From: Lama glama
Taxonomy: Eukaryota
NCBI GenBank assembly: GCA_028534125.1
Contig: CM052828.1
Span: forward strand, 50,158,001-50,222,000
Direction of reading: 5' to 3'
DNA length: 64,000 bases
Below the pieces are notes generated by a model. That model was not told the DNA's origin and did no database searches. It saw only the letters and a program-made list of their open reading frames with translations. A program made the translations under genes and the position numbers. The first letter of the stretch is position 1. Every line of letters begins with the position of its first letter. Shown piece after piece: positions 26,400 to 40,700 of the stretch.

Positions 26400-27480
26400 A
26401 AACAAACAAAACTCACTAGACCCAAGAGAACTGAATCACTTTGGAAATTAGTTTTTAAAAGTTGAAAATGAAGAAATTCCCCTGCCCTTCCTGTAAACAC
26501 CATAGCTCAGGGTGACCAAGAGTTGAAAATGACAAAGCTTCCCTTTATGAAAATAATTCCACCAATAAATAAAAGAATTAGAATTAAAACATCAACATTT
26601 TGCAATCCCTAATGAATTAATGGACCTTGAGCAATGATCGTGAATAGCTCCTAACATCACACACACACAAAAAGACAAGACATGTATCTCATAAGGCAGA
26701 TACACAAGCCTACAACCCTACAAAGTGGGGGAGAGGAGGTGCTGAGGGGTGTATGCGATCTGAGAGTTAGACCTACCTTCTAGATCTAACCACCAATCCA
26801 CGGTGCCAGGAGAACATGTTAAATGACTCACGGGGAGAAGCCATCAGCCAAATCGAGACTATTTGAATCTCTACAGGGCAAACAACTTGGTTTCCCACAT
26901 TTAAAAAAAATAATAAAACAAATAGCTGAGAGGGAAAGAAAACAAGAGGGGGAGGCAGAAAAGGAGCCCATACAAGTTGTATCAACCAAATGTACCTTAT
27001 TCGATATAAAGGGGAAGAAAAGACAACTGTGAGCACTTGCTGGATATCATCAATATCATTAATATCAAAGTTAATGTTTATGAACAATAATGGGTTTAGG
27101 ATTATGCGTGAGGATGATTCCACATTCTGTAAAGACACATAGTAAAATAGTTACAGATAAAAATGATTTGATATCTAAGAACCACTTCAAAATAATCTTT
27201 GAATAAAGGGGGTGGGAAGAGATAAATTGGGACTTCCAAATTTGCACCTTTTGGGGAGTGATGGAAATGTTAGCTATTTCGATTGTGATGGTGGTTTCAC
27301 AGGTGTATATGTCTATCAAAATTCATCAAATTGTATATCTGAAATATGTGTACAGGAATTATACCACAATAAAGGTGTTTCAAAAATAATAATCTTGAGA
27401 GGTAAGAGTAGGGGGTTCAGATAAGTCAAGACTGCTCATGAGTTGGTAATTATTGAAGCTGGCTTAGTGTTAACACAGGG
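26400..27480 (+). mobile_element. Old L1 (L1MC/MD-type) 3' region fragments
   Basis: caacattttgcaatccctaatgaattaatgga; gtgatggaaatgttagctatttcgattgtgatggtggtttcacaggtgtata. Boundaries approximate. Confidence 0.65.
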
Positions 27481-27482
27481 TC

Positions 27483-27973
27483 TGTTTTCCCTCTACACTT
27501 CTAAGCTCTTGATTGAGATGCCTCATAATAAAAGATAGACTAACAAGAGAAAAAATAAGTTTATTAAAATTATACCTCCTGTATAGATTGAAGACACACA
27601 GAAGAAGTGAGTAACAACCTGAGATTACCCAAGCCATCACCTTAAATACCATCTCCAGCTAAAGACAAAATATGGGAGAAAGGGGAGGCTTAGGAGAATT
27701 TCAAACAAAAAGCAGAGTAAGCAAGGGAACAATGGTAGGGTTGGGTTTATTCTGCAAACTTAAGTCTTCTGAAGAACTTCTCCATGGACAGGATTCTTTT
27801 GTTATTTACAGCCATCCTTCTCTTCCCAGTACAGAAAGGGAGACACCCTTACAAATGGAGATTTCCTTTATCAATGTAAATGTCTTTGTGTCTATTTCTC
27901 AAAAAATATTCAGCTCAAAATAATCTTTATGCCAAAGAAGTATATTCTAGGGTGTTGCATTCTCTACCTACCA
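27483..27973 (-). mobile_element. ERV1 solo LTR (MER34/MER39-like)
   Basis: ccatcaccttaaataccatctccagctaaagacaaa...cagctcaaaataatctttatgccaaagaagtatattctagggtg; TTTATT (antisense polyA signal). Confidence 0.72.
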
Positions 27974-28619
27974 TGCCTATTCTATCTTTACATTTTTGAA
28001 ATGTTCTCTAAAACCTACAAGAAAAAAAAATAATAATGCAGGAAGCAGTTGACAGAGAATAGAGCTGTTGCCAGAAAAAAAATACCTTCTCTTGGCTCTG
28101 ACCCATCAGCGGGGGCTGTGCCAGGAGAGGAACATCAGGACAGAACGCAAACAGCACTGGCCTAGGAATCAGAATCTTTTGCTTCGGAAACCAGGTCAGC
28201 CACCAGCAAGCACATGACCCTAAGTAAGTCCATCATGCACCCTCCTACACCTCCAAGTCCTTATCTGCAGAAACACTTGCCTTGTCTATCCTGGGACAGC
28301 TAAATGAGACACCACAGCTCAAAGTGCTCTGAAACCAACACAAACATAAGCGTAAGCTGCGATCAATTTTATTAAACACAAGTTGTGGGAAGAGACCTAT
28401 TCTTAATAGCAGAGGCAGGGTTCACAAAGGACTTGGAAAACTCATTACTGCTTTCAGGTGATCATGGTACAAAAATAAATTGAGAGAAGTCATTCATAAA
28501 AGCCTGTTTTCCTAGACAGTAATTAACAGTTTCACTTGTAAGCAGGCCTTAAAAATTTAACCATTTTGAATGCAAACTTTAAAAAATTATCACCTACTTC
28601 CCTAACTTCAAGACAATGG

Positions 28620-28735
28620 ACTGAGGTGGGTGGAAGGACCAGTGAAATAGGTGAGGGAAATTAAGAAGTACAAACTTCCAGTTATAAAATAAGTCATGGG
28701 GATGCAATGTACATACAGCATAGGGAATATAGTCA
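28620..28735 (+). mobile_element. L1 3' UTR fragment running into the gap
   Basis: gtacaaacttccagttataaaataagtcatggggatg...cagcatagggaatatagtca. Confidence 0.8.
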
Positions 28736-29235
28736 NNNNNNNNNNNNNNNNNNNNNNNNNNNNNNNNNNNNNNNNNNNNNNNNNNNNNNNNNNNNNNNNN
28801 NNNNNNNNNNNNNNNNNNNNNNNNNNNNNNNNNNNNNNNNNNNNNNNNNNNNNNNNNNNNNNNNNNNNNNNNNNNNNNNNNNNNNNNNNNNNNNNNNNNN
28901 NNNNNNNNNNNNNNNNNNNNNNNNNNNNNNNNNNNNNNNNNNNNNNNNNNNNNNNNNNNNNNNNNNNNNNNNNNNNNNNNNNNNNNNNNNNNNNNNNNNN
29001 NNNNNNNNNNNNNNNNNNNNNNNNNNNNNNNNNNNNNNNNNNNNNNNNNNNNNNNNNNNNNNNNNNNNNNNNNNNNNNNNNNNNNNNNNNNNNNNNNNNN
29101 NNNNNNNNNNNNNNNNNNNNNNNNNNNNNNNNNNNNNNNNNNNNNNNNNNNNNNNNNNNNNNNNNNNNNNNNNNNNNNNNNNNNNNNNNNNNNNNNNNNN
29201 NNNNNNNNNNNNNNNNNNNNNNNNNNNNNNNNNNN
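28736..29235. other. Assembly gap (500 N placeholder)
   Basis: Run of exactly 500 N; true size unknown. Confidence 0.99.
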
Positions 29236-29400
29236 CCCCAAAAAAGGATGACCATGAAGTGATGGATGTATTAATTAACTCAATGGGAGGAATCTTTCCA
29301 CAATGTACACACAAATTCATTACATTCCATTACACTGTGAACTTAAAAATATCTTACAATTTTGTCAATATACCTCAAAGCTGGAAAGGTAGGGGAAAAA
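29236..29400 (+). mobile_element. L1MA-like 3' tail emerging from the gap
   Basis: gtgatggatgtattaattaactcaatgggaggaatc...tcaatatacctcaaagctggaaa. Confidence 0.8.
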
Positions 29401-29459
29401 ACTTTGGCTGGTACTTGTCCTCATTCCTCTAAATCACGGAATTTCCCAAGTTACCTAAG

Positions 29460-30100
29460 TGTGGGCCCTGACTGTTTATGCTAACATGGTGACTCATGGT
29501 TGGGCCCTAGAAAGGTTATGCTAACAAATGACTCAGGATGGGGACTAGACACAGGAGAAAGATCAAACTTTGAATTAAAAGGTTGGGCCTTTTGAGTCAC
29601 ATGCTATCAGCCTGACCACCATAGAGGGATCTGGAGGTGAGATCAGTCACATGGCCAATGGTCAAACTGATGATGCCTATATAATGAAACCCCAGTACAA
29701 ACTCTGGACACCAAAGCTTGGGGAAGATTTCCTGGTTGGCATACTCTTGAGTATTATCACACACTGATGTGCTATGAGGGTGAAATGTCCTGCCTCCTCA
29801 GGGACAAGAGAAAGAAGCTTAGAGTTTTGAGATCCTCCCAGAACTCACCCTGTGTGACTCTCTCCCTTTGGTTCCACTTTGTATCTGTCATAATAAAACA
29901 GCAATTGTGTTCTAACAAGTAATTAAACTGGAAGGGGTGGTGGGAACCCCTGAATTTACTGCAGCCAGTTGGTCAGAAGTGAGGGTGGCCATTAGGACCG
30001 CTGGTTGGAGCTAGTGTCTGAAGGGGAGGGCAGCCTTGTGGAGGACCATGCCCTTCACTCGCTTGTGAGGTCTGGGTCAACTCCAGGGAGTTGGTGCAAG
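29460..30100 (+). mobile_element. MER21-like LTR
   Basis: gcctatataatgaaacccca...ctctggacacc...gtgggaacccctgaattt..gcagccagttggtcagaagtgagggtggcc. Confidence 0.75.
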
Positions 30101-30381
30101 AGGGACTCTTCCCTAGAGCTTAAGACCCCACATCATCAGCTCTTTTCTCAGGACACCACCTGCTTACCTTCTGCTGGCCGTGAGGTCCCACACCAACTGG
30201 CGCCTCTGCTTTAAACACCTGTTTCTCCCACAACCTCAGTTAACACAGTCCTAGACCTGGCGCCCACCAGCCCACTGCTGTCACTATGAAGAACCCCTCT
30301 GCCAGCACTGAAGGAAGACACTAGGGATGTTTTAAGAGCTCCCTCCTCTTGCCTTGTGGCCACACACTCTAATTCGGAGAT

Positions 30382-30650
30382 GAACTTCTCACAATTTTAA
30401 TCTGCAATGAAGTCACCTGAGAAGCTCATTAAAAACAGACTCCACTCACTGAGGTTCTGAGTCTGCAAATCTAGGGTGGAGACTGAGAATCTACATTTTA
30501 TTTTATTTTTAACGGAGGTACTGGGGATTGAACCCAGGACCCTGCTCTTGCTAAGAATGAGCTCTACCACTGAGCTGAACCCCACCCCTCAAAATCTTCA
30601 TTTTAAACAAGCATTCCTCATGGATTTGGTCTGGAACCGCATGGAGAATT
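30382..30650. mobile_element. MER5-like hAT element interrupted by a SINE
   Basis: gtcacctgagaagctcattaaaaacagac...gagaatctacatttt [SINE] ttttaaacaagc. Confidence 0.6.
30496..30588 (-). mobile_element. tRNA-derived SINE (Vic-1-like)
   Basis: ggaggtactggggattgaacccaggacc...gctctaccactgagct; TSD aatctWcatttt. Confidence 0.9.
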
Positions 30651-32325
30651 ACCTCTCCAGGAAAGATAGTGGGTGGTAAATGATTGTTGGATCATAGTGG
30701 GTGAGAGTTAGAACACATCTTGGAAAAGCTAGTACAGCCCATGAACCCCAGAGAGGAACACTGGCCCAAGACGTCAAGGTCAGCTAAATGATTGAACTAG
30801 AACCAAAATTTCACGCTCCAGGTTACCTGGCCTGAGGGAGTTTGCAAAGGGCAGGTCAAAGATCCCTCCCTGCCCCTAGAATCTAGCTGTGGTAGACGCC
30901 TGAGGGAAGGACGGGGACGAAAGGATTTAGGATGATGCCTAGGACACCAGCCACTGAATGGGGACCATGGGCCCCGTCACCAGTGGCCCCTCACTCTCGC
31001 CAGTCCTGCCATCCCTGACCACTGGCTCAGAAGAAGTGAAATGGGTCTAAGGCTCCGAACAGCTGTGGAAACTGACAGCAGCAACTGGCATGAGGTAGGA
31101 GAAGGGCTCTTGATGGACGAGCATGAGCACCTGCAGCCACGCCAGCAAGAAGAGGGTTGGATTCAAGTCAGGGACACCAATGAGGAGAGAGCTTGGCCCT
31201 ATCTCACTGGTAAGGGACCATTAGAGATAGAGAGTTGACCTGTTCAGAAAACCCAGCAGGAAATGGTGCTGCAAAACCATCAGCCTTACTGGGAATCAGA
31301 CTGACTCGAAGGTACCACGCCAGACCCAGTTTTATTTTCCCTTCCAATGTTGGCCGGGCTCTGAGTCAACACAGACACGTTTACAAGACTGCCATATTTC
31401 AAACTGATCCAATTTTTTTTAAATGACCCCATTCTGTTGAATTAAACCTACAAAGCCAGTGTATCCTTTGCCTCAGATTTAACTTTTAGAAATGGACTCT
31501 ACAGAGCTAAACTTTAATGCTTATGGGAAAAGGCCAGCACTTTCTTTCCTCAATGCCTGCTCCCAGTTCCTGTGGCAGACAAGGTACTGGATGTGTGTTT
31601 TCAGGATGAATGGTTATATGGTGCAGAATTAAAGAATCAGTCCAGAGGTGATGATTATACTCAAAATTCTACTTTAAAAAGTAGCCAAATTGCAAATGCC
31701 CCCGAACAGATAAATGGCTAAAATATGAGCATGTCAGACTATTTTAGAGCTGTTTTAAAAGATAAATAAATATAGGACCTGGGTTATCAAAAGGCATTGC
31801 TTGAATTAAATAACACCACATTTTTAAAAAGTAGAATGTGAACCCAAGTATGCAAGTTAATGAAAACTCTGGAAAAAGAAATACACTACAGGTATACTGA
31901 GGAAGATATAAAAGAAGCACAGACCATGAAGAGTTTGATGTTGACTTTTGTTTGGAGAAAAGGGAAGGGCTTGTGATTGGGACACTTAAGTGGGGGGGAG
32001 GGGGAGCTAGCAGATCCTTATTTCATGACCTAGGTGGTGGTTACAAGGGTGTTAACTTTATAATAATTCTCTAAAGCTATCCCTCTGCTTTATATAGTAT
32101 TTTGTGCCTGTTGTCTGACATAAAAACTAAAAAAATTGTGACTTGAGAAGAGGTACAATGTGATTTCAACGATTTATTAAGTGTTTATGTGTATACATAA
32201 TCATATTGACCCTTTCCTACAAAGACTTGTGAAAATTACCTAAGAAATGTGTTAATGACTTAGTCACAAAAGTGGGTTTTGGTGCTCTTCCTTTAAAAAA
32301 AAAAAAACAGCAATGATACACACTT

Positions 32326-32693
32326 TGTATTAGTTTGCTAGAGCTGCCACAACAAAATGCCACAGACTGAGTGGCTGAAACCGCAGTGACGTACTTTCTC
32401 ACAGTTCTGGAGGCTAGAAGTCCGGGATGAAGGTGAAGGCAGGGATGCTTTCTTCTGAGGCCTCTCTCCTTGGCTTGCAGACGGCCACCCCTTCCTCCAT
32501 GCACGTGCCTGTGTATCCAAATTTTCTCTCCTTACAAGGACACTAGCTGTATTGGATTAGGACCTACCCTGATCTTATTTTTTTAACTCAGTCACCTCTT
32601 TAAAGGTCCTATGTCCAAACAGTCACTTCTGCGGTACTGGGCTCTGGGGTTTCAACACAGGAGTTTTGCAAGGACAAAATTTAGCCCATAACA
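32326..32693 (-). mobile_element. MaLR solo LTR (MLT1B-like)
   Basis: tgtattagtttgctagagctgcc...ctcacagttctggaggctagaagtcc...ttagcccataaca; TG..CA ends. Confidence 0.88.
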
Positions 32694-32722
32694 CCACTCT
32701 TTACTCATCAAACTTGCGCACA

Positions 32723-32723
<1 letters not shown>

Positions 32724-32753
<30 letters not shown>
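32724..32753 (+). repeat. (CA)n microsatellite
   Basis: About 15 CA units. Confidence 0.95.
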
Positions 32754-32758
<5 letters not shown>

Positions 32759-35700
32759 TTCACATCCAGGACAGGAAGTGAGTCGGCGGAGGGTTGAGGC
32801 AAGAGTAGCCATGAGTGGATGTACATGTTGACAGTCACAGTCGGGTGCTCAGGGGTTCATTCCACCACTCCCTCTGCTTTTGTGTACGCTGGTCACTTTC
32901 CATCATGAGAGGAGAGGAAGAAGACAGACTAGGGGGAAACCCACACCTGCATAGTCTTAGACGTTGGGTATTTTCTCGATCAAAGTGAGTCACTCAACAG
33001 TTAATATTGGTGTTATCCATGGTTAGAAGTAAAATGAGTATCTTTTTCTCTCATCAGCAATGAGTAGACTTAAAAGTATAATGATTTAAGAAAAACAAAC
33101 AGTAAAGGAGTAACAAAAGGAGTAATGTCGACAGCTGAACTCCATCCTCAGCCGGGCTCACCCAATCCATCACCTGGCCCATTTGTGAGTCTGTCCTTCC
33201 TCTTCTCATTTCTGGCACATGGTCTGACTCGATTTCCTAGCCCTTTTGCAGTTAGGTGGGACCACGATGCACAGTAGAGGAAGGGCTGGGTGCCACTCAC
33301 ACGCAGGACCCAGACCTTAAAACCATGAGCACCTTCCCTACACTCTCCAAACCCAGATGAGGAAGTAACTCAGCTTCAACCAAGCAGACGACCGGAGACT
33401 GGCCTAGGCCCATTGTATGTGGGTCACCTGGAGCCCCAGGTCAAATACAAACTCTGACTCCCTAAGTCTGTGGCAAGACGCTTCTCCCAAGCTTCAGGTG
33501 ATGGCAACACTGCTGGTCTGCGGACAAGCTCAGAGCAGCGAGGCTCCAGGCGGAGCTCCCCACCAATGAAGTTCTCATTTCTGATGCCTCAAGAGAAGGC
33601 AGTCAAATGAGCAGTGGAAGACACACCAAAAACATCCCAACCAGAAATAGCCAGCTGGCCTTTCTCTCTTGACCCATGACGAAGTTTAACTCAGACCTAT
33701 GATTAACTCGGGTCTTAAAGAGCAGCAAGCAAATGAATCCAGAAGCAGCTGCAGACAGATTACATCACTGTGTGCAACAGGATACGAGTTGGCTGGGTTC
33801 TATCAAAAACAGTGTCTGCCACCCTGAGTCAGAGGACAGGGCTGTCAACAGCGAGATCTCCCAGGCAGTCACTGCCGCAGCACGGAACAGTGACCACTGG
33901 CATAGGAGCAGAGGACCAGAGGACCAGAGGTCACACGTGGGCCTTGGGTTCACACACAGGCCCCACCAGCCATGCCGTTCTTACAACAGAAGCCCATGTG
34001 GAAGCTGCTTACTCTGAGACCACAGCTATGATTAACAGACCATTTGTCTATAAAAACTTTGGCAGATATTTGCGTCACCTCAGCCCTGGACATCCTAGGA
34101 GTCCGGTGTTTACAAAACCTGCATACAAATATCCCCATCTGTCCAAAACTTGCAGGAAGCAGATGAGAACTTGGCAATAACCACCACGTATACTTGGAGA
34201 TGCTCTGGCTTGCAGTGGAACTTTCTTGGATTTAGGGTTAGCTTTACTTAACTTTATGTTCTTTTGCTATTTACATAACAGACTCTGAGCCCAAGAGAAA
34301 CAGGGCACACAGCACGACATGGCTTTGCATGAAACCAGAAGAGAACAGAATTCCCTCAGCCTATAATCACCGTTAGACCGAAGCTTGGGAAGCAGGCTGG
34401 ACACCCAGGAAGCTCCGACCCTCTCCCTGCCAAGAACTCCCATCACAAGCCTCTGCCGCTAACTCTAAGAAAAAGCCATTTGAATAGGAAATCTTGAGAA
34501 ATCTAAATTATTGGATGTACGCTAAGAGGTGCAAGCTAATTAATCCCAGGTACCTGAGACAAGTTCCTTGGGGAAAACATTTTAGAGTGCAGGGCTTCTC
34601 ATTTATCCTGTTCGTATACTTTGGAAAAACCTTTCACGGGCAGGGAAGAAAGCACCTTCTTCTGCCGGCCCAGCCGCTGCTGAAATCACCAGAAATCTCA
34701 GTCAAACACGCAATCTAACTCAACCCCTCCCCTGGAAGTTATAACCCCCAGGAGGCCACAGGCTGTCTTTGCTGTTTTCATCTCCCAAAGCACCTGATTT
34801 ATAATGCAAAGTGTGTTCTGGGCAAACCTAAATACTTGCTACTTAACACAAAAATAAACACCTATCCCCAATAAGTGACCCCATTTATTTTACATCCTCA
34901 AAAAAGACAAGAAAGAAAAACAGGTATTGCCACAAAAAAAATCAAGACGATGCATCTATCACAATCAATTATTTCTCCTAATTCAAGAACAACATATTCA
35001 GAACAAGGTCCCTACTTATTTGGAACCTCCCCAAAACTTCAAAACCTTTTTTCCCAAATTCTACACACAGCACAGTTCTAATCTTTAGACATTTTCTTTT
35101 CCTGATGATTCTTTCAGCGTGGACGATCTTGGGCCCCCTTCAACGTCGGAGTGAATTTCAGGGTGCGATTCCATCTTGCCCAGGCTCCCCGGAGCTCGGT
35201 CAGCTTGGCTCAGGTGCGAAGCCCTGAATAACATCCTGTTACTGCTTGCTGTCTTTCGTTCCTGGTACCTCCCCTTGGGGTCATGACTCTTCAGGTCCAC
35301 CTATCAGACTCAAGTTGTGCCTGCAGTTCCCCCAGAGGAGTAAGTCTTCCAAAACACAGAAAGTTAAAATTAAAGGCACCGTGTTCACTAAGGCAGCATT
35401 TGGTGTATTTCCTTCTGTGCTACTGAGAGTGGAGGAAGGTGAGGCCTTGCTGGAGCGCCCTGGATCCCCTGTTCTCGTCAGTGCCTCTTCCACCAGCTCC
35501 AGGTTTTGCTTAACAGCCTGCTCGCAGCTCTGTGTGTTCCTCCCCAAGCCTCTTTCTCCTCAGGCCTGGCCATGGGACTTTCCTATGTCATCATACAGAG
35601 AAGCAATCATTTTTTAAAATTTAAGGTCCCACAGAAACACTCTGACACAGACTTCGGCCCCCTGGCCCACGCTGTCCTACAATCTAAAATTATTTCTTGG

Positions 35701-37686
35701 CAAATGGAATGAGGTTTGAAGAGGAAAGGCAGCTGATTACACAGCTATGATTTTAGTCCAAGTCAATCAACAGAACAGCTAATGAAATAGTTGAGCCTAC
35801 TTTTTCATTAAGTTTTCATAATGTCACCACCCAACATGACTAGGAGAAAAGGCAAAGGGTTAAATGAATAAGCACTGATTGGAGTTCATATTTCTGGTAA
35901 TTATCCACAAGCTAATAACTGAGAGACCGCTTAAGCTCCATGAACAAAACATACAAGGCCCTTACACCCTGAGGCACCAGGTGTGATGGGAAAATCCCCA
36001 GTGCCCGCACTGGCTTTGAACATGAAACCACTCCTCCACACCAGGTGAGTCCTTTATGACTCTTCTGTCCATCTTTCTTCTAGGCAACTGTTTAGAGCTC
36101 TCAGCACTGGCTCCAGACCTGGAAATGTGGAATTCGCCAGCCATATTCTGACAAGCAAAAATAATTATACCCAAATACAAGACCAGGTACTCTATTTTAT
36201 ACACGGTATTGAGAAGAGCTGTCCAAAATAACACCAATTTAAAATGTAACAGCCTTTCTGCCTGTTATTCAGAGTCAACGGGGAAAAGCTAATTATAAAT
36301 CATACACTTTTCTATTTGGGCAATACTAACTCAATAGGACAGACTTGAGGAAAATTCTAGCTAAACCAGTTCATTCTTTGAAGCATTAGGTCAATTATGA
36401 ACATACCCACTCTCAGCTTGAATTGCTGTGTATTCAGAAAGAACAAAAACATTCTTTGAAAAGCCTCTGTACATGGTCTATTAAAGGGTGTATTTGGTAG
36501 AAAGTAAATTGAGAGAGAGAACCCCAGAGTGAATCCTAGGACAGGCTAAAACAGCTTCCTTAATAATTTTGGGACCTTCTCCCATTCACTTTAAAAAAGA
36601 AAAAAGAAAAAAAAGATTCTATAGGAACCACAAAAGCTTGCAGAGGTGGGAAAAGAAAAAAAACAATTGAAAATAATACCAACACATTTTGTGAGGGAAG
36701 CGAATGCTATGTGGGAGATACTTTACAGATGGTCTGTCACTTGGGCTTCAGGCTGTCCTTGGTCTCCCACAGCCTTAAACAAGCCCCGTGATCTGAATGC
36801 CATTTTTAAAGGAATCTGATTCTCCATCACAAGGCTCCCTGCTCCCCTCTCCTGGAGGTCACCTGTACCTCATCAGAAGGAAGAGGTGGGACAGAGGCAA
36901 GGCAGACCACCCTCCCACATATGAATGATTAAGAACAGTGAAAAGGCAACCCCCCAGCACCCAGCTGTGTGACCCCAGAGCAAAGGAAGTGCCACCCCCT
37001 CTTCCTCCCTCCAAAGAGGCCAGAGTCAAATGGATTCTTCCTCATCCCCAGGGAAGCTGCCCTCAAACCACAGCATATGCACAACCCCTTTATTAATAAA
37101 AAAGGATGCCACCCACATCTCACTTTTTTTCACCATGAATCTCAACAGGACTATAGGGAATCCAGAATTCTAACAGTCATTAGTTTAAATTAACTAAAGT
37201 ACCCACCATGTAATAGGCACTTTTCTAGGTTCCAGACCTCAGACAAGGTCTTTTTTTACAGAGCTCACATTCAGGAAGGGAAGAGGGGCTATAACAAAAT
37301 TAACAAGATAAGCTCAGAACAACAATAATGACCAGAGAGAGACTAAGGCAGGGAGACACGGCGGCTATTTTAGATGGGTGACCAAGCAGAGCTCACAGAG
37401 GAGGCCAGGACCCAGACCTGAAGGACAAGAGCGGGGTCTTCGTGTTCCAAGCAAAGAGAACACCAAGTGCAGAAGTTCAAATGCATAAAGCACTTAAAGG
37501 AAAATCCTCCAGTACTAAGTGTTTGCCTCCAATTTAGGAGCAATCATAAAAGAATGTCCTGGAAAAGGGAGTGAATCAGGGAACCTAGGAGAAGGAGCTG
37601 GGCTTCAGGTCCCGGAAGAAAAAGCAGCAAACGGGGCTAACGTCTTCATCACTCCAGAGTTAACACTAATATGAGCTATTGGCTCA

Positions 37687-37784
37687 GGGGATGGGTATAG
37701 ATCAGTGGTAGAGCACATGCTTAGCATGCATGAGGTCCCATGTTCAATCCCCAGCATCTCCATTAAAAAGAAAAAAAGAAAGAA
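37687..37784 (+). mobile_element. tRNA-derived SINE (Vic-1-like)
   Basis: gggtatagatcagtggtagagcacatgcttagcatgcatgaggtccc..gttcaatcccc; TSD tggctc. Confidence 0.9.
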
Positions 37785-40700
37785 ACTGGCTCGGATGGTA
37801 GCTGCACGAAGGTCACACAGATGGAAGCAGCCAGGACAGACACCACAAACAGAGTTTGAACTAGCTTACTGAGCCCCCTGCTGCAGACCCAAGATTCTTC
37901 CATCAGCCTCTGCAGACCCCAACAGCACAAGGGAGCCGCCCAGCCCCTCGGAGCTCTTGGCCACTCTTCCTCCCAGCCCACTGTAAAAGCACAGCAATCA
38001 GCGTATCGTCCAAGTTGGCTAAGACAGCGAAGGTCCAGTCATCTGGGGGCCTGCCAGCCTCTCCAGCTAACCAGGACTTCCCTTGTGCCCGGCTGGCTCA
38101 CAGTCCCCTCACCTCGGCTTCCTGTTCAGCTGGCTTCACTGGCTGGACTCGCACACATCTTCAGGAGATCCATGGACCAGACCCACGAGGTAAGAGACTT
38201 CCCAGTGACCATCCACATTCCCCCAGCTCGGCCAATCAACCCAGACGCCCACCCACCTGGCCTGCCAAGTGCCACCTTTTGAGGATGACACGCTCTCCCT
38301 GTAGCTTTCACAGCCATCGCTCTTGCAATCAACCACAGGTCAGGGGTTATCTTTGGAGGATACCGCTCAAGTGTGGCTAGTAACAGGTGTTCACTAGTCG
38401 TTACCCTTGGTAAAAGTTCAGCAAACGTTGGCATCACCCTGTCCACAGCTTCAGCCCATCCTCCATGGCATGGGGGAGGGGCACACTTTATGGAATATGA
38501 ACTTCAGCTCCATTAGAGCCATCATATTATTTATCATTCAACCTAAGATACTCTTAGGAGTAAAACAAGGTGCTGTTAATAATTGCAGTGTGATAAGGGG
38601 TGTAAACCAGGATAGTCCTGCCCAAACAAATAGCCAAGGCACTTGGTACAGGTAAAAAGAAAAACACTTTTTAAAAACAGAGACTGACAATATCTCTACA
38701 ACCTCAGACAATCAAAAATTACTATTAATCTGACTTTGTATCAAGTCAAGGTATATTTTTTTTCCTTTTGGGGGAGAGGGGCAGGAAGGAGGCTGCTACA
38801 CCAAATCGTTTCCTTCCAAAATATAGATGCAACACAAGATCACAGCCTGTCAAAAGACCTGGGTGTAAAGATCACAAACCCTTTTCTCTACAGTCAAGCC
38901 AAGGGCTAAAATCTGTCAGGAACCAGGGCACACCTTAGAAATAAAGACTGGGCCTGAAAATGAACACCAGGTTGCTAAGCCTAGCTAAGAAGTCATCATC
39001 TGTGGTGTGATATGCTTTGGGAGGTGCATTTCTCAAGGGATTTAAGGAAAGAGAATTTCTGTACAAACTAAGATACAATGTAGTTTCACAAGCACCACCT
39101 GTCCTGTTCCTGGATCACGGCCAGCTCCTCAAGCAAACACAAGTTTCAATGTAAGTCTCCCTCCTCTGCCTTCCAAGGACCTCAGCTTGGGACTTTCAAC
39201 ATCTGAAGCTGAGAGAGCTACTACCCTCGCCCCATTTACTAAGTTGTGTTGCTTTAGGCACGAAATTTTTTGACCTCTCTGCACCTCAGTCTCCTCAGTT
39301 GGAGGCAAAGCATATGGCTGCACTTGGCCAAGCTTTACAAACCTGCATCATGGTTATGGCAGCATTCCACCTGGTACCGTAGGAATGTGCGTAAGGTAGA
39401 AAAGTGATCCTGAAAGACTCAGCGGGTGCTGGTGTGGTCAGAGTGACCGTGCCTATGAGGAGGGGAGACACTGCCTCTTACTTCGGAGAGGGAGGGGAGC
39501 TGTGGGGAGAGGGGCAAGGCCTTCCCCTGATAATCCTCAACCCGAATCTTCTGAGATCATCAAACTTCACTGCGCGTGGGGTTTCATGGACACCAATAAA
39601 TGGAGGAGGGTGTGGAGCAGAAACAGTTCCAGAGAACACAGGAGAAGGCAGGGGCAGGAGGCAGACAGAGGCCTGAGGAAGGGAGCACAGAGCGGCAGGA
39701 AGTGTGCAGTGAGACCGCAGGCCCTGCTCTGCTTCCTGTCCTGCCAGGGACAGCCACCCTGAAGGACAGCCCAGCCACACTCAGGTCCCTGCTCTCCACA
39801 CGCCTGGCACGGTGGGTCCTTCCACCCACAGGGCGCTGCCTCAGTGCTCGTGTCCACTTGTTCCTGCCTTGAAATTCTTGCCAGGAATCCAACCTCAGCA
39901 CATGAGACAGAGGACACCGCACAGTGACTCCGGACCAGACTCTCTGCCTGAGTGACCCTGGGCTCCTCGACTTCAACCTGTCTGGGCCTCCCCTGCTCGC
40001 CTGTCACCAACTTCTCAGCTCTAAGACTTTCCAAGAGAACTACCCTGAGGTGACAGGCAGTCAGAGTGACTAAGCCAGCCTCCGGTTCATTCATTCACAA
40101 ACTGAGGTTTGTGAGCTCATCTCGACCCCACGGAACGCCGTTTCCACAGCCCGATACACACGGGCAGCGGGAGCTGCTGTTCCGCCCTCCCTAAAAAGGC
40201 CAGTTCCCAGAAGCCAAAGGCCACTAACTCCCTTTTCTGTGTTTGTGAGCCGCTGCCCTGTGGGACTCCTTCCTGCTGCTCCTCATCCTTCCTGAAGAGT
40301 TTCTTAGAAAATGTGTCTCCCCCTTCCAGGAAAGGAATCCCTCCCGAGGAACAGGGCTGATGAGGCAGCCCTGTGGAATTTCCCTTCAGAAGACTTCCAT
40401 TTACTGTCCAAGTGGCTCCGAGCAGGGATGACCAAAATCCACTCAAGAGACGCAGGGAGAGAGGAGCGGAGTCCTAATCTGGCTTACTCAAAGGGACTAG
40501 TTTTCTCTTTAAAATATTTGTTTTGAGGAAAAACTAGGACTACATCATATTCTAAGGGACGAGAAGAAAGAGGACTTTGAGCTTGCCTGAGAACAGAGCC
40601 ATCTCTTCTGTCAGCCATTAATGCCAGATTCTCTAAGGACTTGCATGGGGTTTTCCCAAAAGCAAAACAATTTGGTAAATTTGCATGTAGATGAAAAAGA

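Noticed and set aside
28594-29432. Long ORFs of 188-241 aa spanning the first gap, and similar ORFs at 48733-49343
   Set aside because: Poly-X translations of N runs; artefacts.
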